In this document: positions 24,628-37,889 of the stretch, one piece after another
Numbering within the stretch: the stretch's first letter is position 1
Layout: the number at the start of each line of letters is the position of its first letter
DNA from: Camelus dromedarius
Taxonomy: Eukaryota
Reading direction: 5' to 3'
Assembly: GCF_036321535.1 (NCBI RefSeq)
Contig: NC_087436.1
Span: 98,830,001 to 98,894,000, forward strand
DNA length: 64,000 nt
The notes under the pieces: model-generated
What the model was told of the DNA's origin: nothing
What the model saw: only the letters and a program-made list of their open reading frames with translations
Databases searched by the model: none
Translations under genes and position numbers: made by a program

Positions 24628-26349
24628 CATGGACACTACTTTTCTAGAAAGCATGAATCAATAAACTAAGGACCACAAAGAAGTTATATACTTTACTTTA
24701 GCAGTTCTAATTCTACAAATTTATGATAAGGAGAAATATGAAAAAAGAAAATGTTAAATGAGATTCATAACATCTTTAATATAGGACAGGAAGCAGTCGA
24801 GCAGCCACAATAGGGAGTGTTCATGTGTCATCTGACTCAGAATAGTGAGGCAGTGAGCTGATGTAGAAGGGTTAGAATTTCAGATTACATAGGCAGCTGT
24901 AGAATTCTGGTGCACTCATTCTTGTGACTCAGTCAATTCAATTTTTACCCTGACCCTCAGTCTCCTCATTTGAAATTTCTTATAAAGTTATAGAACAGCA
25001 ATTATCTCCTTTTACTAATTGTTTATACTTTCCTAATACAGATTTCTGTCAATTTTCTTGGACTAACTAACCTGATACTTGTTGCCATTTTATGATTTAG
25101 AAATAATTTCTCAGAAAATAAAATGCTTAGATTACATTGTTACATTAACGTTTTTTTAATATACAACATTTGATACACCTTATAAATGCAATTGCAAAGA
25201 GACAAAGGACTAGAAGAAAATGCACTAGATTTTTTTAAACAAATGATCATATTTGGTGAATATTTTTTCTACATGCTACTATTCTATACATTCTGCATGT
25301 CCTATAATAAGCATGTATTACTTCATAATTTAAGAACAATCACAATAAACTTTTTTTTTAATTAAAAAAAGGAAAAGAAAAAGTTTAAAAAAAGATTAGG
25401 ACCATCAATGAGGTTGTGTTTCTCCATTGCTAATCGTTTACATGAACAAATTCATTATAACTTATGTTTGGATTTGTGGCTATCTAACGTGAATAGAGCT
25501 TTTACATTTAAAGTCATGGACTTTTAAAATATGGGTAATCAAAATTCATGTTGCAGAAATAAACTTCTAATACAGCAGTGTGTGGAGTGAGTTTAGTTTG
25601 TTTCGTTTTTGTTTGTCCCGGGGAGAGTGTTCGCAGGGAGAGAACAGGAGAGGCTCAGTGCGCCTCGGTTTTCATACACACACTTTACTACCACAAAGCC
25701 CCTGACTTGGGTAGAAGTTCTAGACATAAAATATCCATAGGCATTGAAATGAGGCATTATTCTTCTCTAATCAAACTTTAATTTTAAAGCAGTAAAAATA
25801 CAGAAGCTCTAATTAGGTATACCTACATGACTCTCAGAAAAATGCATTAAAAAAAGAGAGAATGATTTCCCTAAAGTGGGGGCCCATATTCAAGAGTCAT
25901 CCTTTCACTCAATTATTGTAATCCTAAAGCTCTTTTGAGTCTTATTTGACTGAATTCTTAATACGCTGAAACCTGGAATTCTAAGCATCTGAAGCATGGT
26001 TGCTTCTGACTTTTTCATTAGTGTCAGTGTGCAGTGCTTCCCATCAGAGCCCAGGAGACTGTATCAGTGCTAATCTACTATTTCTTTCCTGATGCTTCCA
26101 CACTACTGAAAGCTCCTAATTTGCGATAATTAACCTCCTGAGAATAGCATTTCTCATTTATCCCAGGGAGCAGCCACCTCACTCTAGGTTCAGCTGTGCA
26201 ACCTCACAGATAGGTTATTTTTGGTCTGTACTTCCGGAACCAGGTAAATTATGTGGTAATCAACACTGAGGGCTTTTGTAGTAAAAACCAAAACTATATG
26301 GACAGCACATGTCATGCGGGGAGGCTGTTTGCTGTGGAACAATGCCCCA

Positions 26350-26930
26350 CAATGAAAACAGGAGTGCGAATATCACTTCAAGGTCCTGATTTCATTTCTT
26401 TTACATCTATAGCAGAAGTGGGATTGCTGGAGCATATGGCAGTGCTATTTTTTAATTTTTTGAGGAACCTCCATACTGTTTTCCATAGTGGCTATAGAAA
26501 TTTACATTCCTGTAAGAGTGCACAAGTGTTTCCTTTTCTCCGTATCTTTGCCAACATTTTTGTCTCGTCTTTTGATAGTAGCCATTCTAACAAGTGTAAG
26601 GTAATATCTCATTGTGGTTTTCATTTGCATTTCTCTGATAATTAGTGAAGTTGAGCACCTTTTCATGTACCTCTTGGCCATTTGCAAGTCTTTGGAAAAT
26701 GTCTATTCAGTTTCTCTGCCAGTTTCTAAGCTGGATTATTTGTTTTGCTGTTCAGTTGTACAAGTTTCTTGTATATTTTGGATATTGACCCCTTATCATA
26801 TATATGGTTTGCAAATATTTTCTCCCATACTGTAGGTTGCCTTTTCATTTTGTTGATGATTTCCTTTGCTGTGCAACAAGCGTTTTAGTTTGAGGGAGTC
26901 CCACTTGTTTATTTCTGCTTTTGTTGCTTA
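26350..26930 (-). mobile_element. L1 ORF2 3' fragment
   Basis: [39 protein letters not shown]. Confidence 0.92.
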
Positions 26931-26949
26931 TGATGCATGCTAAGTCAAA

Positions 26950-27303
26950 CAATTTGTTACCCTTCCTAATTCATTAAATTTCTATTTTTGGCTCCAATGG
27001 GGTACTGGAACTTCTTGGTTAGAAACACAACAGCTCTCTCACCTGTGGGTGATTGTCTCAGACAGTGTTTTCCAAAGGCTCCTAGGACAGTGTGGAATTG
27101 GTTCATGGGGCACTACTCGCCCACGGCCAGGACTGAGGTCTCTATGCCTATCACCTGACACACGGGTAAGTAATATTCCTCCTGGATTCCCTAGTGTATG
27201 TTGCTGGATCCCACAGTTCCTGCAAAGGTACCTTTGTCTGTGAATGGATGCTAAAATGTTGTTCAGTGGAGGAACATCTATTCAGCCATGTTGCTGATGT
27301 CAC
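26950..27303 (-). mobile_element. L1/HAL1-like 5' UTR start
   Basis: Minus strand starts gtgacatcagcAACATGGCtgaatag, an L1-type 5' end. Confidence 0.6.
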
Positions 27304-27859
27304 AGTGGTTCATAACTTTTTTCTAATGGTAAATGTAGATATTTCCATTAACAAGTCTTATCAAATGTCTTAAATTCATATGACAAAATGAATTTTAAAT
27401 CAAAATAAAGGATCAGTGTTTTTAAAAGAAATCCTGAGACAAATTTCCATAGAATTAAAATTGATAAAAAGATGTAGGGAGAGTATATGAAATAGGAAGG
27501 CACCTAGAATGTGATTTTGAAAAACACCAACATTTAGAGGATTCTCAGAGAAGTAGCCTTTAAAGAATAGAATGATCAAGTAGAAAGTATAGGCATATAG
27601 AATAGAGACTCAGATGAAGAGAAGTCAACAACAAAGGCATTGGAATGATGCTTGTAGATTCATTCCTTCACTGTATGTATTTTAAGCACCTATTATATTC
27701 CATTTACATGCTCAGGATTCAACAGTAAACAAGACAAAACAGTAAACAAGACAAATCTAGAAAAGGGAATTCAAATATTCCAGAGAAATAGAAAGGAGTC
27801 TCCACTAAAAACTAATTATGCATGTTTGCTTAAATTTTGATGAATGAGTAAGTAAGTTA

Positions 27860-28280
27860 AATCAATAATTCAAGAAAAAAACTTTATTGAGTACTTGTTG
27901 TTTGCCAGGCACTGCTCTAGGTACTAGTAGGGAATATTGAAATAAACAAAAGAAAGTTGCTTCCTTAATGGAATGTTCATTAGCTCAAGAACAGAGACAT
28001 TAAAACAAATAAATGTGTAGGTATGTACTGTGCTTAATGGTTTTAAGCACCTTTATAGTAAGGAAGCAGGATGGGAATAAAAGGCTATGGTAAGGAGAGG
28101 TGACAGTAGATTTTCTATGTTATATAGGGTGATTGGGGAAGGGCTTTCAAAAATGATGATAAATGTGCAGAAATCTACAGGAACTGAACCATGAAAGATA
28201 GATGGATGAAGAACATTGCAGTAAAAAAAAAAAAAACCCCAAAACAGACAAGCAAACAAAAAAAGAAGAGGCCTTAAGCA
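27860..28280 (-). mobile_element. L2 LINE relic
   Basis: tttattgagtactt..tgccaggcactgctctagg. Confidence 0.7.
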
Positions 28281-30262
28281 TGGACTGGCCCAACATAAAT
28301 TTTTATCAAAGTCCCATCACACTCTACAGTGTATATCCAGAAATACCAGAGTTTATATTTTTGTCCATGTTCTTGTTTTTGTATCTTTTTTCAGATTATT
28401 CTTCCTATCTGAAATGGTCTTCCTCTCAGTCTCCAAACATTTCCTACAGGCATCTTTCTTAGAATTCAAACAAGATAATAATATTTAAAATATAATTTAG
28501 ACATTTCCCTTACTAAATAAATTCCTTAAGACATGTATTTGTGGTTTATTTACCTTTACATTCATGGTAGACCCATGGTGCACTTCAGTCTCTTCGGTTT
28601 ACATGGCACGGGGTATGAAGTAGGTGCTTAATATGGCACTGACCAAAGAGCATGCTAATATCATGTTATCAAAAACTGTATTTTTTTAATTATAACATTA
28701 ACACACATTAATGTTTAATGCAATTCTTTATAACAATATTATCTAAGAACTCCTGATTGCCTGCTATGCTCTAAGTCAATGTTTTATATTCTTTACATGT
28801 ATTAGCTCTTTCAAAATAAAAATTTCAAAGTGAAATAAAAGACAGAAAAGAAAGAAGAAAAGATACTCGTCCTATAGTACAGTAAGAAAGAACTTTTTTT
28901 GAAAAGGAGAAAAAGCAATAGCGAAGCTCAAACTTTAATCAACACAACTCCTGTCTTTAATCTAACTGCACAGAATTTTCAGTCAGGAATTTTATCTTAG
29001 TACTTCATAAACATACCAAATTTGGAATGAGATGAATGTATATCTGAAAACAAAATAGTGCATCATTTTACTGCGAGAGTTTACACAGCTTCAAAGAGCA
29101 GATGCTTTGGTTCTACCAAACTGTGGTTGACAAATTTGCTAGCAGTGGGAGTGGAAAATTAGTTTTCATTTTTAGAAATTATTTGATATCATTTACAGAC
29201 CTTTGCTGTTTATCACATTGATTAAAAGCTGTCATTTGCAGCATTTATAGTCTTCAAGTACATGTCAAAATGGTTTCTAGCCAATTCTAATGCTCTTCTG
29301 AAAAGGCATATTAAACCAAGTCAGGGTATATATTTTTCTTTTCTTAGGCAATACATCAAAACTATGCAGTAAGCTACAATCTAATATACTATTGAGAATT
29401 GCACTGATTAAATTTGGAAAGATTCTTATCTATCACTTACAAACACAGAAGATCTTTAGAATCAAAGATAAATACGAATCGGTAAGAAATATTGTTTTGA
29501 AGTGTCATGATAAAATGGCTGCAATTTCCATAAAAGCAACAATATCTCAAACCCATTTATCCCATGAGGACAAATCTTCATTTCAGAAAAAAAAAAAAAA
29601 AAAAGATCATTTATTGAAGCTTGTGAATTGGTAGCTGAATTTCCATAAGGATTTCTCATGACCATCAGGAATTTCTTATATGGACACTGGAAAAAGAAAC
29701 AAAGAAAAGAAAAAAAAAAAAGCAAAGAAAGAAAGGCTCCACTCCCTCAATCATTTAGTCTCATAATTTGCAATTATTATAGGAATGAGATGAATTGCGT
29801 GCATGTACTTTTACCATAGATTGAAACTTCTGAACACATTGTATATTTTCAAAGTCTCACTTTAATTAACTAAATAGATCTTATTTTGAAGGAGGGGCTT
29901 GGGAGTTTGTGTCTAGATACTTTTTCATAAATTCCTAAAGAATAATAACTTTTGACTAGTTGTTTAAATGTGTCAATATACTTAGCGTGATCAGTCTGCA
30001 TTGTGTATTAACAATATTTTATGTGGTCCATTATTATATAGCATATATGTACTATCATACGCATGTTATAACCGTATAGCACATGCGGTTTTCTCATGGC
30101 TTTAACTTTCACTCTGTAGACTGCATTGATCCTAAGAACTAAGAAACCAATGATCAAGTTTGGTTTCTGACAATTGCAGGTATTCAATAAATGTTTTCTA
30201 AACGGGTTTATTAATGAAGAATCTCTGCTGAGTGAATATATTTTTATACGTGTATTTATTAT

Positions 30263-30511
30263 GTGTTAGCTAAATCAAACTCAAAAGTAAAAAGAATGAA
30301 TATAACAAATAGGTCCATTAAAATATTAACTTAGCTAGCAAACAACAAAGCTACAAAGTAAGAGGGAAGGGGTTCCTAAGATGGGCCATTTTGTATACTT
30401 TATGCTATAGGCAGCATCCCTTTAGTGATTAATTTGCAGCAAAAGCAATAAAACACAAAAGTTAGAGTATAAGAAACAGATCTAATATGGAGTCAGATTT
30501 GTTCTTCCCTA

Positions 30512-30513
<2 letters not shown>
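30263..30513 (-). mobile_element. ERV LTR fragment related to 11575-12104
   Basis: Reverse complement aatagggaagaacaaatctgactccatattagatctg matches aatagagaaaaacaaatctgactccgtattagatctg. Confidence 0.75.

Positions 30514-30542
<29 letters not shown>
30514..30542. repeat. (TG)n microsatellite
   Basis: Read directly from the sequence. Confidence 0.95.
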
Positions 30543-30547
<5 letters not shown>

Positions 30548-30778
30548 CTTGTTACAAGATTTGGGCTTGTGATTTGGGGGAGGGCTCAAGGTAGTGGATT
30601 TGGATTGAAGACTGTCGGAAAGCGGGAAATAGTTTAAGATTGGATATCAAATTTATTTGGAATATAATACAATGAACAGTATATTATTTTTTGTCATTTT
30701 CTTTCAGAAAGATGTTTATGCTCAAGTTTTTTTTTTTTTTTTAGTACTAGCCTGTTTCAGAATCTGCCTCATGATATT

Positions 30779-31208
30779 TGAAACAACCTTCACTCAAAGA
30801 CAGTATTAGACACTTGGTACAGACTGATTGAAAACAACCTCTTGCTTGCTTAGTCAAATAATTAGTCCGAGTTAGACTAAGCAAATAAATGAATGCAAAG
30901 AGCCAAATGTAGCATGTCAATTAAGCTCTGACTCTTAGGAAATTAACATCCCTGAGTAATGCTGAGTCCAGGGACACAGTCATGTCTACAGATATCTTTA
31001 GGATAGATGCACATATGTGAACTGCATAAATGTGCTCATGTGCGCTCTTGGCTTTTTCGCTGTAAGTTTTCTACTTATTTGTTCTCCCTGGGAGACAGGG
31101 AAAGCAATGCTCTCGTCTTCCCTGTGCTGATTTTCTAATGTCCTTCTAAATAAACTTGTTTATTAATAGCCTCTTCACACCACGGGCCTGCAGAGGAGGA
31201 AGATTACA
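30779..31208 (+). mobile_element. Probable solo LTR
   Basis: tgaaac...cataaa...aataaa (~31149)...attaca; imperfect flanks gatatt/agtatt. Confidence 0.55.
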
Positions 31209-31609
31209 AGTATTTATGCATCGCCATCAAAGGCCCTTGTTCCCTTTAACTGTGTATATTGGTGTCTTTCCAACAGTCAGAGTCAACACTGTGACCCTTA
31301 CAAAGAAGTACACAGAGAAACCAGACCCTTTCATCGTATAATGGAAGAATTTGTTATGTAAAAGCAAGAAAGAGCCGGTTTATGTACACGATAATAAACC
31401 AAATCAGAAAGCCATCTTTATGATCATGTTTGGCATAGCTACCCAGAGTGTAAGCCACTGCACAGACCTAAAAATATGCAAAATCAGATTCAGCTATCTA
31501 AACTGAACACTTTTCTTGAATACACTCCTACCCTACAGACCATCTCCACTACTATAACCTACTATAATGAAACCCAAATTATTTTACCTACATTTTCCAA
31601 GTGGGAATT

Positions 31610-31700
31610 AGAGATAGATAGATGATAGGCAGATAGATAGATAGATAGACAGATAGATAGAAAGAAGGTAGATGATAGATAAATAGGTAGATAGAGATAT
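31610..31700. repeat. Imperfect (GATA)n microsatellite
   Basis: Read directly from the sequence. Confidence 0.9.
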
Positions 31701-32019
31701 ATACATATGTACACATATATACATGTGGTTTCTGATATGTAAGATTTATTGATTAATTCATTTAACAAATGTTTAATTACTTATTTTACGCAAGGCAGTC
31801 TTCTAGGCACTGGGTATTCAGCAGTAGACAAGACAAAGTTTTTACTCTCATGAAGAAAATATTCCAGTGAGACAAATATCTATCTGATTATTGATATAAC
31901 ATATTGGGGAGGAGAGACCATTTTAGTTAGGATGTCCAAAGACTCTTGCAGAGCAGGTAACATTGCATCTACATCTGAAAGAAGTCAGGAAATAACCCTT
32001 GTGATGGACTAAATAAGTA

Positions 32020-32660
32020 TGATAGCTATCCTCCTATATATGGCCCCCAGTGGACCGTGCCATCTGGTGTGCATGCCCTTGAAATGACGTTGGGTTGGTC
32101 TATGACTGCATTAACCAACTGAACACAGTAACAATAATAATCCTGGCACTTGCTATTAAGAAACCTCAGAGCTTCCTCATCTTCTCCCTTTGAATGCATG
32201 TCACTGGAAGCCCTGAGTTGCCATGTGAGAAGTCTTTTGATCTTGCTGGAAAGACCACATGGACAGACCATGTGTAGAGGCCAGGTGGGGAAGAGAAGCC
32301 CTGGACTACATGGAGAGGGAGTGAATGAGGTTCAGCTGTCCTAGCATCCCATTGTCTTTAAGCCTAAAGACAACGCCAGCCTCCGCCAACATCCAGGGTC
32401 GGTTTCATGGGCATTTGATCTGTGTAGTCCCACAAGGCCAGGTGCTTAGAAGGGCCTACACCTAGATGAGTGCTGCACTTGGTTAACTGCCCTGCTGCTG
32501 CTGTCATTAAATTCTTAATGTTTAACCCTCATTTTCACAGCTGAGTGCCATTGCCTGAGACACCAAGTGACACCAGCAGGACTGCAGAGCTGAATCCAGC
32601 CGACCTGCAGAGCTCTGAGACACAAGATGCTTTTTCTTTTAAACCACTAGATTTAACACA
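32020..32660 (+). mobile_element. MLT1G/H-like LTR interrupted by MER91
   Basis: atggcccccagtg...gagttgccatgtgagaagtc...gaccacatgg...ttttaaaccacta. Confidence 0.7.
32394..32538 (+). mobile_element. MER91A-like hAT-Tip100 element
   Basis: cagggtcggtttcatgggc...gcttagaagggcc...aaattcttaat. Confidence 0.8.
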
Positions 32661-34004
32661 TCAGGGAAACGTGGCAAAAATATGAAGATCTTAAGAAAAA
32701 GTAAAGTCTTGACAACAGTTCCTTACTCTCAGCACTGTGTAGGCCAAGTTATAAGCCTGTAGACTAGACAGAATATGGAGTGAAGGGTTCCTACCAAGTT
32801 GACCATTTTAGAATTAGAATACAGAATACCTTTCAAAGTGTAGGACTGGAGCTGTAACAGTATCAAGGCCTTAATTGTTTTACTTTTTTTAAGTTATTAT
32901 TTATTTGTTTATACACCTGTGAAATCACCACACCACAATCAAGATAGCTAACATTCCCATCACTCCCCAAGAAGGCCTTAGTTTTTAATACTGTCAGAGT
33001 TAAGGCACCATAATCTAGGATATCAGTGGGAGAATTTACTGTTCAAGGTCTATGCTCAGTTGTAGATTGACTAAAACATTTGTGATTTTTTTTTTCCTAA
33101 TGCAAAAATGGGCATAGAGTCAGAATTCATTAGTGCTGACTGAAGAGAGTATCATGTTAATTAATCTGGATTGTTTCAAATTCTTTCAGGAAGCAGGAAC
33201 AGTTGATCATATTATTTATCAAAATTCAGTCTGGCCCTAAATACCATAATCTTTCATAAGAGGTAGAATGTTCTATGGTCATCTTCCTTTATAAATTAAG
33301 GTAATTTATTATTTGCTATGTATTTCTCTACTTCTTCTTTATTATTGCCCAAAGTTGGATTATTGAAAATACTCTCAGATTTATAAGACTTTCAAAAGTA
33401 AAATTTTCTTGTACTCCACTGTCAAATCATTTAATCTTTGCCACCATTTTTAGAGGACACCTAGCTTATATATCTGCCAAATCAACATGTCTACCTATAG
33501 AAATCATGAGAGAATCTTTCATGTCTTGTCAACAGCATTGTAATACACAGTGAATGCTTTATGTTCAGTGCATTTTGATTAAACAAGTGCTCAACTCTTA
33601 TGATTTCAGTTCCTAGATACATCATCCTATATATTATTGTAAAACTTTCCCCTCTTCTCTGTCCACTCTAATAATAGCATTCTTTAAGAATGATGAAATA
33701 TATTTCGTTATTTATTTTAAAACCTACTTCTTGGCATTTTAAAATCACATTGACTATTAATTCAGAATGGACTGTGAGAACTCTCTAATAAAACATTATG
33801 TAAACATATTTGGGCCTCAGTTTTCCCAAGTGTAAAATGAAGATAATTCTATATCTTTTATATCTGGTGAAGGATAAATAACATGCACTCCTAGAGTTTG
33901 TTTATATTTGTTTATATTTGTTATAATATATTTGTTATAATATATAATATATTGTTATATAGTATAAGTTTATATTTGCCTTACTTTCAAAGTTCAAATG
34001 ACTT

Positions 34005-34500
34005 CGAAGACAAGGAATACTTTTCCCTTCTTTCTTTCTAGGTTCTTTGGATGGTCTAATAATTAAATTGACATAAAACAGCTATTAACAAGAGAAAAAC
34101 AAATTTAATTTCATACATATGGGAGTCCCATTAAAATCTGAGACTCAAAGAAGTGACCAGAGTAGGCAGCTTTTATACCTTCCAGACAAAGAAACAATTA
34201 TTTGTGAAGAATTGGTAAGATGAAGACGTTTCACCTTGAGGTAGTAAATTAGTGTGGAAATAATAAGGTGTGTTTACATAGTCTTTTTGGCCTTAAATTC
34301 CCTCTCTTTGTTGATAAGGATGTCTCTTCCTCTTAGTATAAGAAAGGACCTTTCACATGGGAGATTCATCTCCTGCTTTCAGGGGGACCAAGAAGGATCA
34401 GAATGTACTTCTTGTGTGGCTGTTTCTCAAGTAACTTTAATTCAAAATAATCAGTATGCCAAAGTGACATATTTTGGGGTGACATATTTGCTTGCCTTCA
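34005..34500 (-). mobile_element. MER34-like ERV1 LTR
   Basis: ggtctaataattaaattgacataa...tttcacatgggag...ttcaaaataatcagtatgccaaagtgacatattttggggtg. Confidence 0.8.
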
Positions 34501-35034
34501 ACTTCTTAACATACTCTAAATAAATCTGTACTCCTCCTCCTCCCAGGCTCTAGAGCCCCAGTAATGTGACCTCACCACCCCTCTTGTCCTCACTCCCCCC
34601 ACCGCCTTCCTCACTCCCTGCACTCCAGGCGGACTGACTTGTTAAGGTTGAAAAAGACTCCCATTCTTGTTCTCACCCCAGATGCCTCACACATGTTCTC
34701 CCATCTGTCTGGAAGACACGTTCCCCAAACCTTTGCATTGCCTTACTCTAATTCTTCACTTCAGTCTTTGTGTTTCACTCCCCCAGAAATCTTGTTCTGA
34801 CCACCTACTCAATCCACCCATCTGTATCCCCTTACCCAGGTTATTTGCTCATATCACTCCTTAAATTTGAATGTATATGTATTTTACTTATTACTGGCTC
34901 TCTATTTCACCAGGAAGTAAGGACTGGAATTCTATTTTAACCATTGCTGAACTCATAACACCTAGGACTAAGGATGAATGCATACCTGTCTGATGAATAA
35001 ATAAAATAGAGAAGTCCCAATGCATAATACATTA

Positions 35035-35530
35035 TGTGGTTCTTCCACGTTGACTGCCTGCCTTCAATTTTCCCCTCCCCTTGTATCTACTTCCTTTGCC
35101 ATGTAACTCTGCAATATTGTGTGGCATGTTCTGCTTCATTCTCGGGATTCCAGGCTCATCTTTGTGACTTTAGTGACAAGCAGGATGTTAGCAAATATAA
35201 ATAAGCAGACTCAAGAGAAGACACTTGTCTATTTCTGGATGCAGTCTTATTTCTCAGACTCTGTTGTGAGAACAGATTGTCTTGGACTGACCTGTGGGAT
35301 GCATTATGTGGAGCAGGGATGAGCCTTTCCTGTCATCTCAGTTGAAACCATTCTAAATGAGTAGACCTGTGGTCAATGCCATATGTGTGAAAGAGCCCAG
35401 CCATCATAAGAACTGCCTGGACTAACTCATTGGCTGGACTGCAGATTCACAAGCTCAGTAAAAGTTTATTGTTATATTTTACTGAGGTTTGGTGGTTGTT
35501 GCAGCATTATTATGACATTAGGTGACTACT
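35035..35530 (+). mobile_element. Old MLT1 LTR
   Basis: cctttgccatgtaact...gtttattgtt..actgaggtttggtggttgttgcagcatta. Confidence 0.65.
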
Positions 35531-36699
35531 GGAATAGAAAACAAGTCCCAACAGTTTCTTTTAATTCTTTTTATCATATCACTGCCAAAGTAGTGCATCC
35601 CTCTTGTAACAAATGACACAATTCAAAATGAACAGTAATGATCTTGGCCTCCTTCTATCTCTTTCATTTAATTTCATGTGAGGAAACTGAGGTTAACAGC
35701 CTGATGTGCATACTTCAATATTTTCCAATAATAAATGTTTCTAAAAATCAAAAAGAATGAGAAACGTGTAGTATAATCTGTGTTTGAGGATCTATAGAAA
35801 ATATTTTGCAGGAAGGGAAGGTGACCCAGTGTCTTCAGAAAGCAGACTTTGAGGGCAGGAGCATGGTGATGGGAGTCTACACAGAGAGGAGATATGAAGT
35901 GATTTTAATAGACCATGAAGAGGCAACGAGGGTTGATGTTAAGGTAGAAGAACTAGAAGTAACAAGTGTGGAAGACAACCAAGGCTAGGACTTCATGTTT
36001 CAGAATTTAGACCTGAGGAGATGAGGTAAAACTTTGTGAGAAAGATATGACTTGCTAATATATGGAAGTTGAAAAGTAATTTGCACCTTAAATTAATCTC
36101 TTCATTACTAGTCCCCTTATATGATACCTGTCCTATGTTTGTGATGCCAGTTAAGCCATCCAGCCAAACCCAGTAAGCCAGAAGTATTGAAGGTATCCTT
36201 AAGTCTTCTCCCTCCCTCATTTCCCAAAATTCACTCTTCCAGCCCTCCGCAACTTAATTTCTTGATTTTTCTTCCTGACTATATCTTAAACTCATATTGT
36301 TTTTCAGTCTGTTCCTTCCAACATCCCGATATCTTACCATCAGATATTTTTACCTCTTGACTTCTTTGACTCTGGTGCATTATCCACATCACAATGAAAC
36401 TTACCTTTCTAAAATGTAAAACTAATTGTATTACAGAACTAAAACCTTCACTCTAGAGATTACCATCCACAAAGCAAGAAAATCAAAATCTTAATCTGAG
36501 CATGTAAGGCTCTTACTGATGTTGCTCCTGCTTACTTCCACAGCTTCCTGGGTAACTGTGCTGCTCTGCCACCATGATTCTAAAAGACCTCCTGACACAC
36601 AATTGTATTTGTTCCCTTTATGTCTTTAAAGATGCTATGTCTCTGTTTGGAAGTCATCTATGATACCGAGTTTGAAAACTCTCACTCTTCCTTTGATCC

Positions 36700-37204
36700 C
36701 ATGACAGATGACTGAGTAAAGAAGTTGTAGTATATTTATACAATGGAATATTACTCAGCCATAAAAATGATAAAGTAATGCCATTTGCAGTAGCATGGAT
36801 AGACCTGGAAATTGTCATTCTAAGTGAAGTAAGCCAGAAAGAGAAAAAAAAATATCATATGATATCACTCATATGTGGAATCTAAGAACAGAAAAAAAGA
36901 AGACACTAATGAACTTATCTACGGAACAGAAACAGACTCAGTAGTAAACAATCTCATGGTTACCAGTGGGAAAGGAGGGTAGTAAGGGATCAATTAAGAG
37001 TTTGAGATTTGCAAATATTAACTAGTATATATAAAATAAAAACAAGTTTCTTCTGTATAGCACAGGGAACTATATTCAATATCTCATAGTAGTCTATAAT
37101 GAAAAAGAATATGAAAAGAAATGTATGTATATGTATGACTGAAACATTATTCTGTACATCAGAAATTGACACATTGTAAACTGACTATACTTCAATTAAA
37201 AAAA
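36700..37204 (+). mobile_element. 5'-truncated L1 (ORF2 end, 3' UTR, A tail)
   Basis: acaatggaatattactcagccataaaaa...ctaagtgaagtaagccag...gactatacttcaattaaaaaaa. Confidence 0.92.
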
Positions 37205-37574
37205 GAGAGGATACTATTGTTTTATAGATAGCTGTTTTAAAAAACTGAAGTCTTGTCAAGATAGAGTGATCTCATATCTCTCAGGTCCTCCATCTCATAA
37301 CTAAAAATCTCTTGACACAACACAGAAAACAAGCATAGAAAAACATCAAAGGTGGGAAGAAGTCAGATTGCCTATGGACCATGGAACTTGAGACCTCTGA
37401 ATTTCCTTATTTTATCCTATATATTCTGACGAAATGCTGCAGAAACCTTCAACCTAAAATCACCAATAAGCCGAGACAAACAGAAAACCAAAAGCTTAAG
37501 TAGAGCTTATTTTCTCAGCCAAAAGACAGGGGACAATCAAGCTTAATGACACAAAACATTTGTCCATACTCATC

Positions 37575-37880
37575 TGGCCCAGGCTACTATAACAAATTAT
37601 CATAGACTGGGTGCTTAAACAACAGAAATGTATTTCTTGACAGCTCTGGAAGCTGGGAAATTCGAGATCAGAGCACCAATATGGTTGGGTTCAGGTGAGG
37701 ACCCACTTATGAGTTTGCAGATGGCCATCTTCTTGCTGTGTCCTCACATGACAGAGAGCAGAGAGGGAAGAAGCTCTCTCTGGTGCTTGTTTTCATAAGG
37801 GCACTAATTCAATCATGAGGGCTCCACCCTTATGGCCTAATTACTCCCAAAGGCTCCTCCTCCAAATAACATTGCATTGT
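37575..37880 (-). mobile_element. MLT1A-like LTR
   Basis: ataacaaattatcatagactgggtgcttaaacaacagaaa...tcctcacatg...catgagggctccaccct. Confidence 0.85.
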
Positions 37881-37889
37881 TTTGACAAG

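Noticed and set aside
27721..27754. Perfect 17-bp tandem duplication (aacagtaaacaagacaa x2)
   Set aside because: Local slippage in an L2 relic with no functional sign. Similar small duplications occur near 39196 and 61765.
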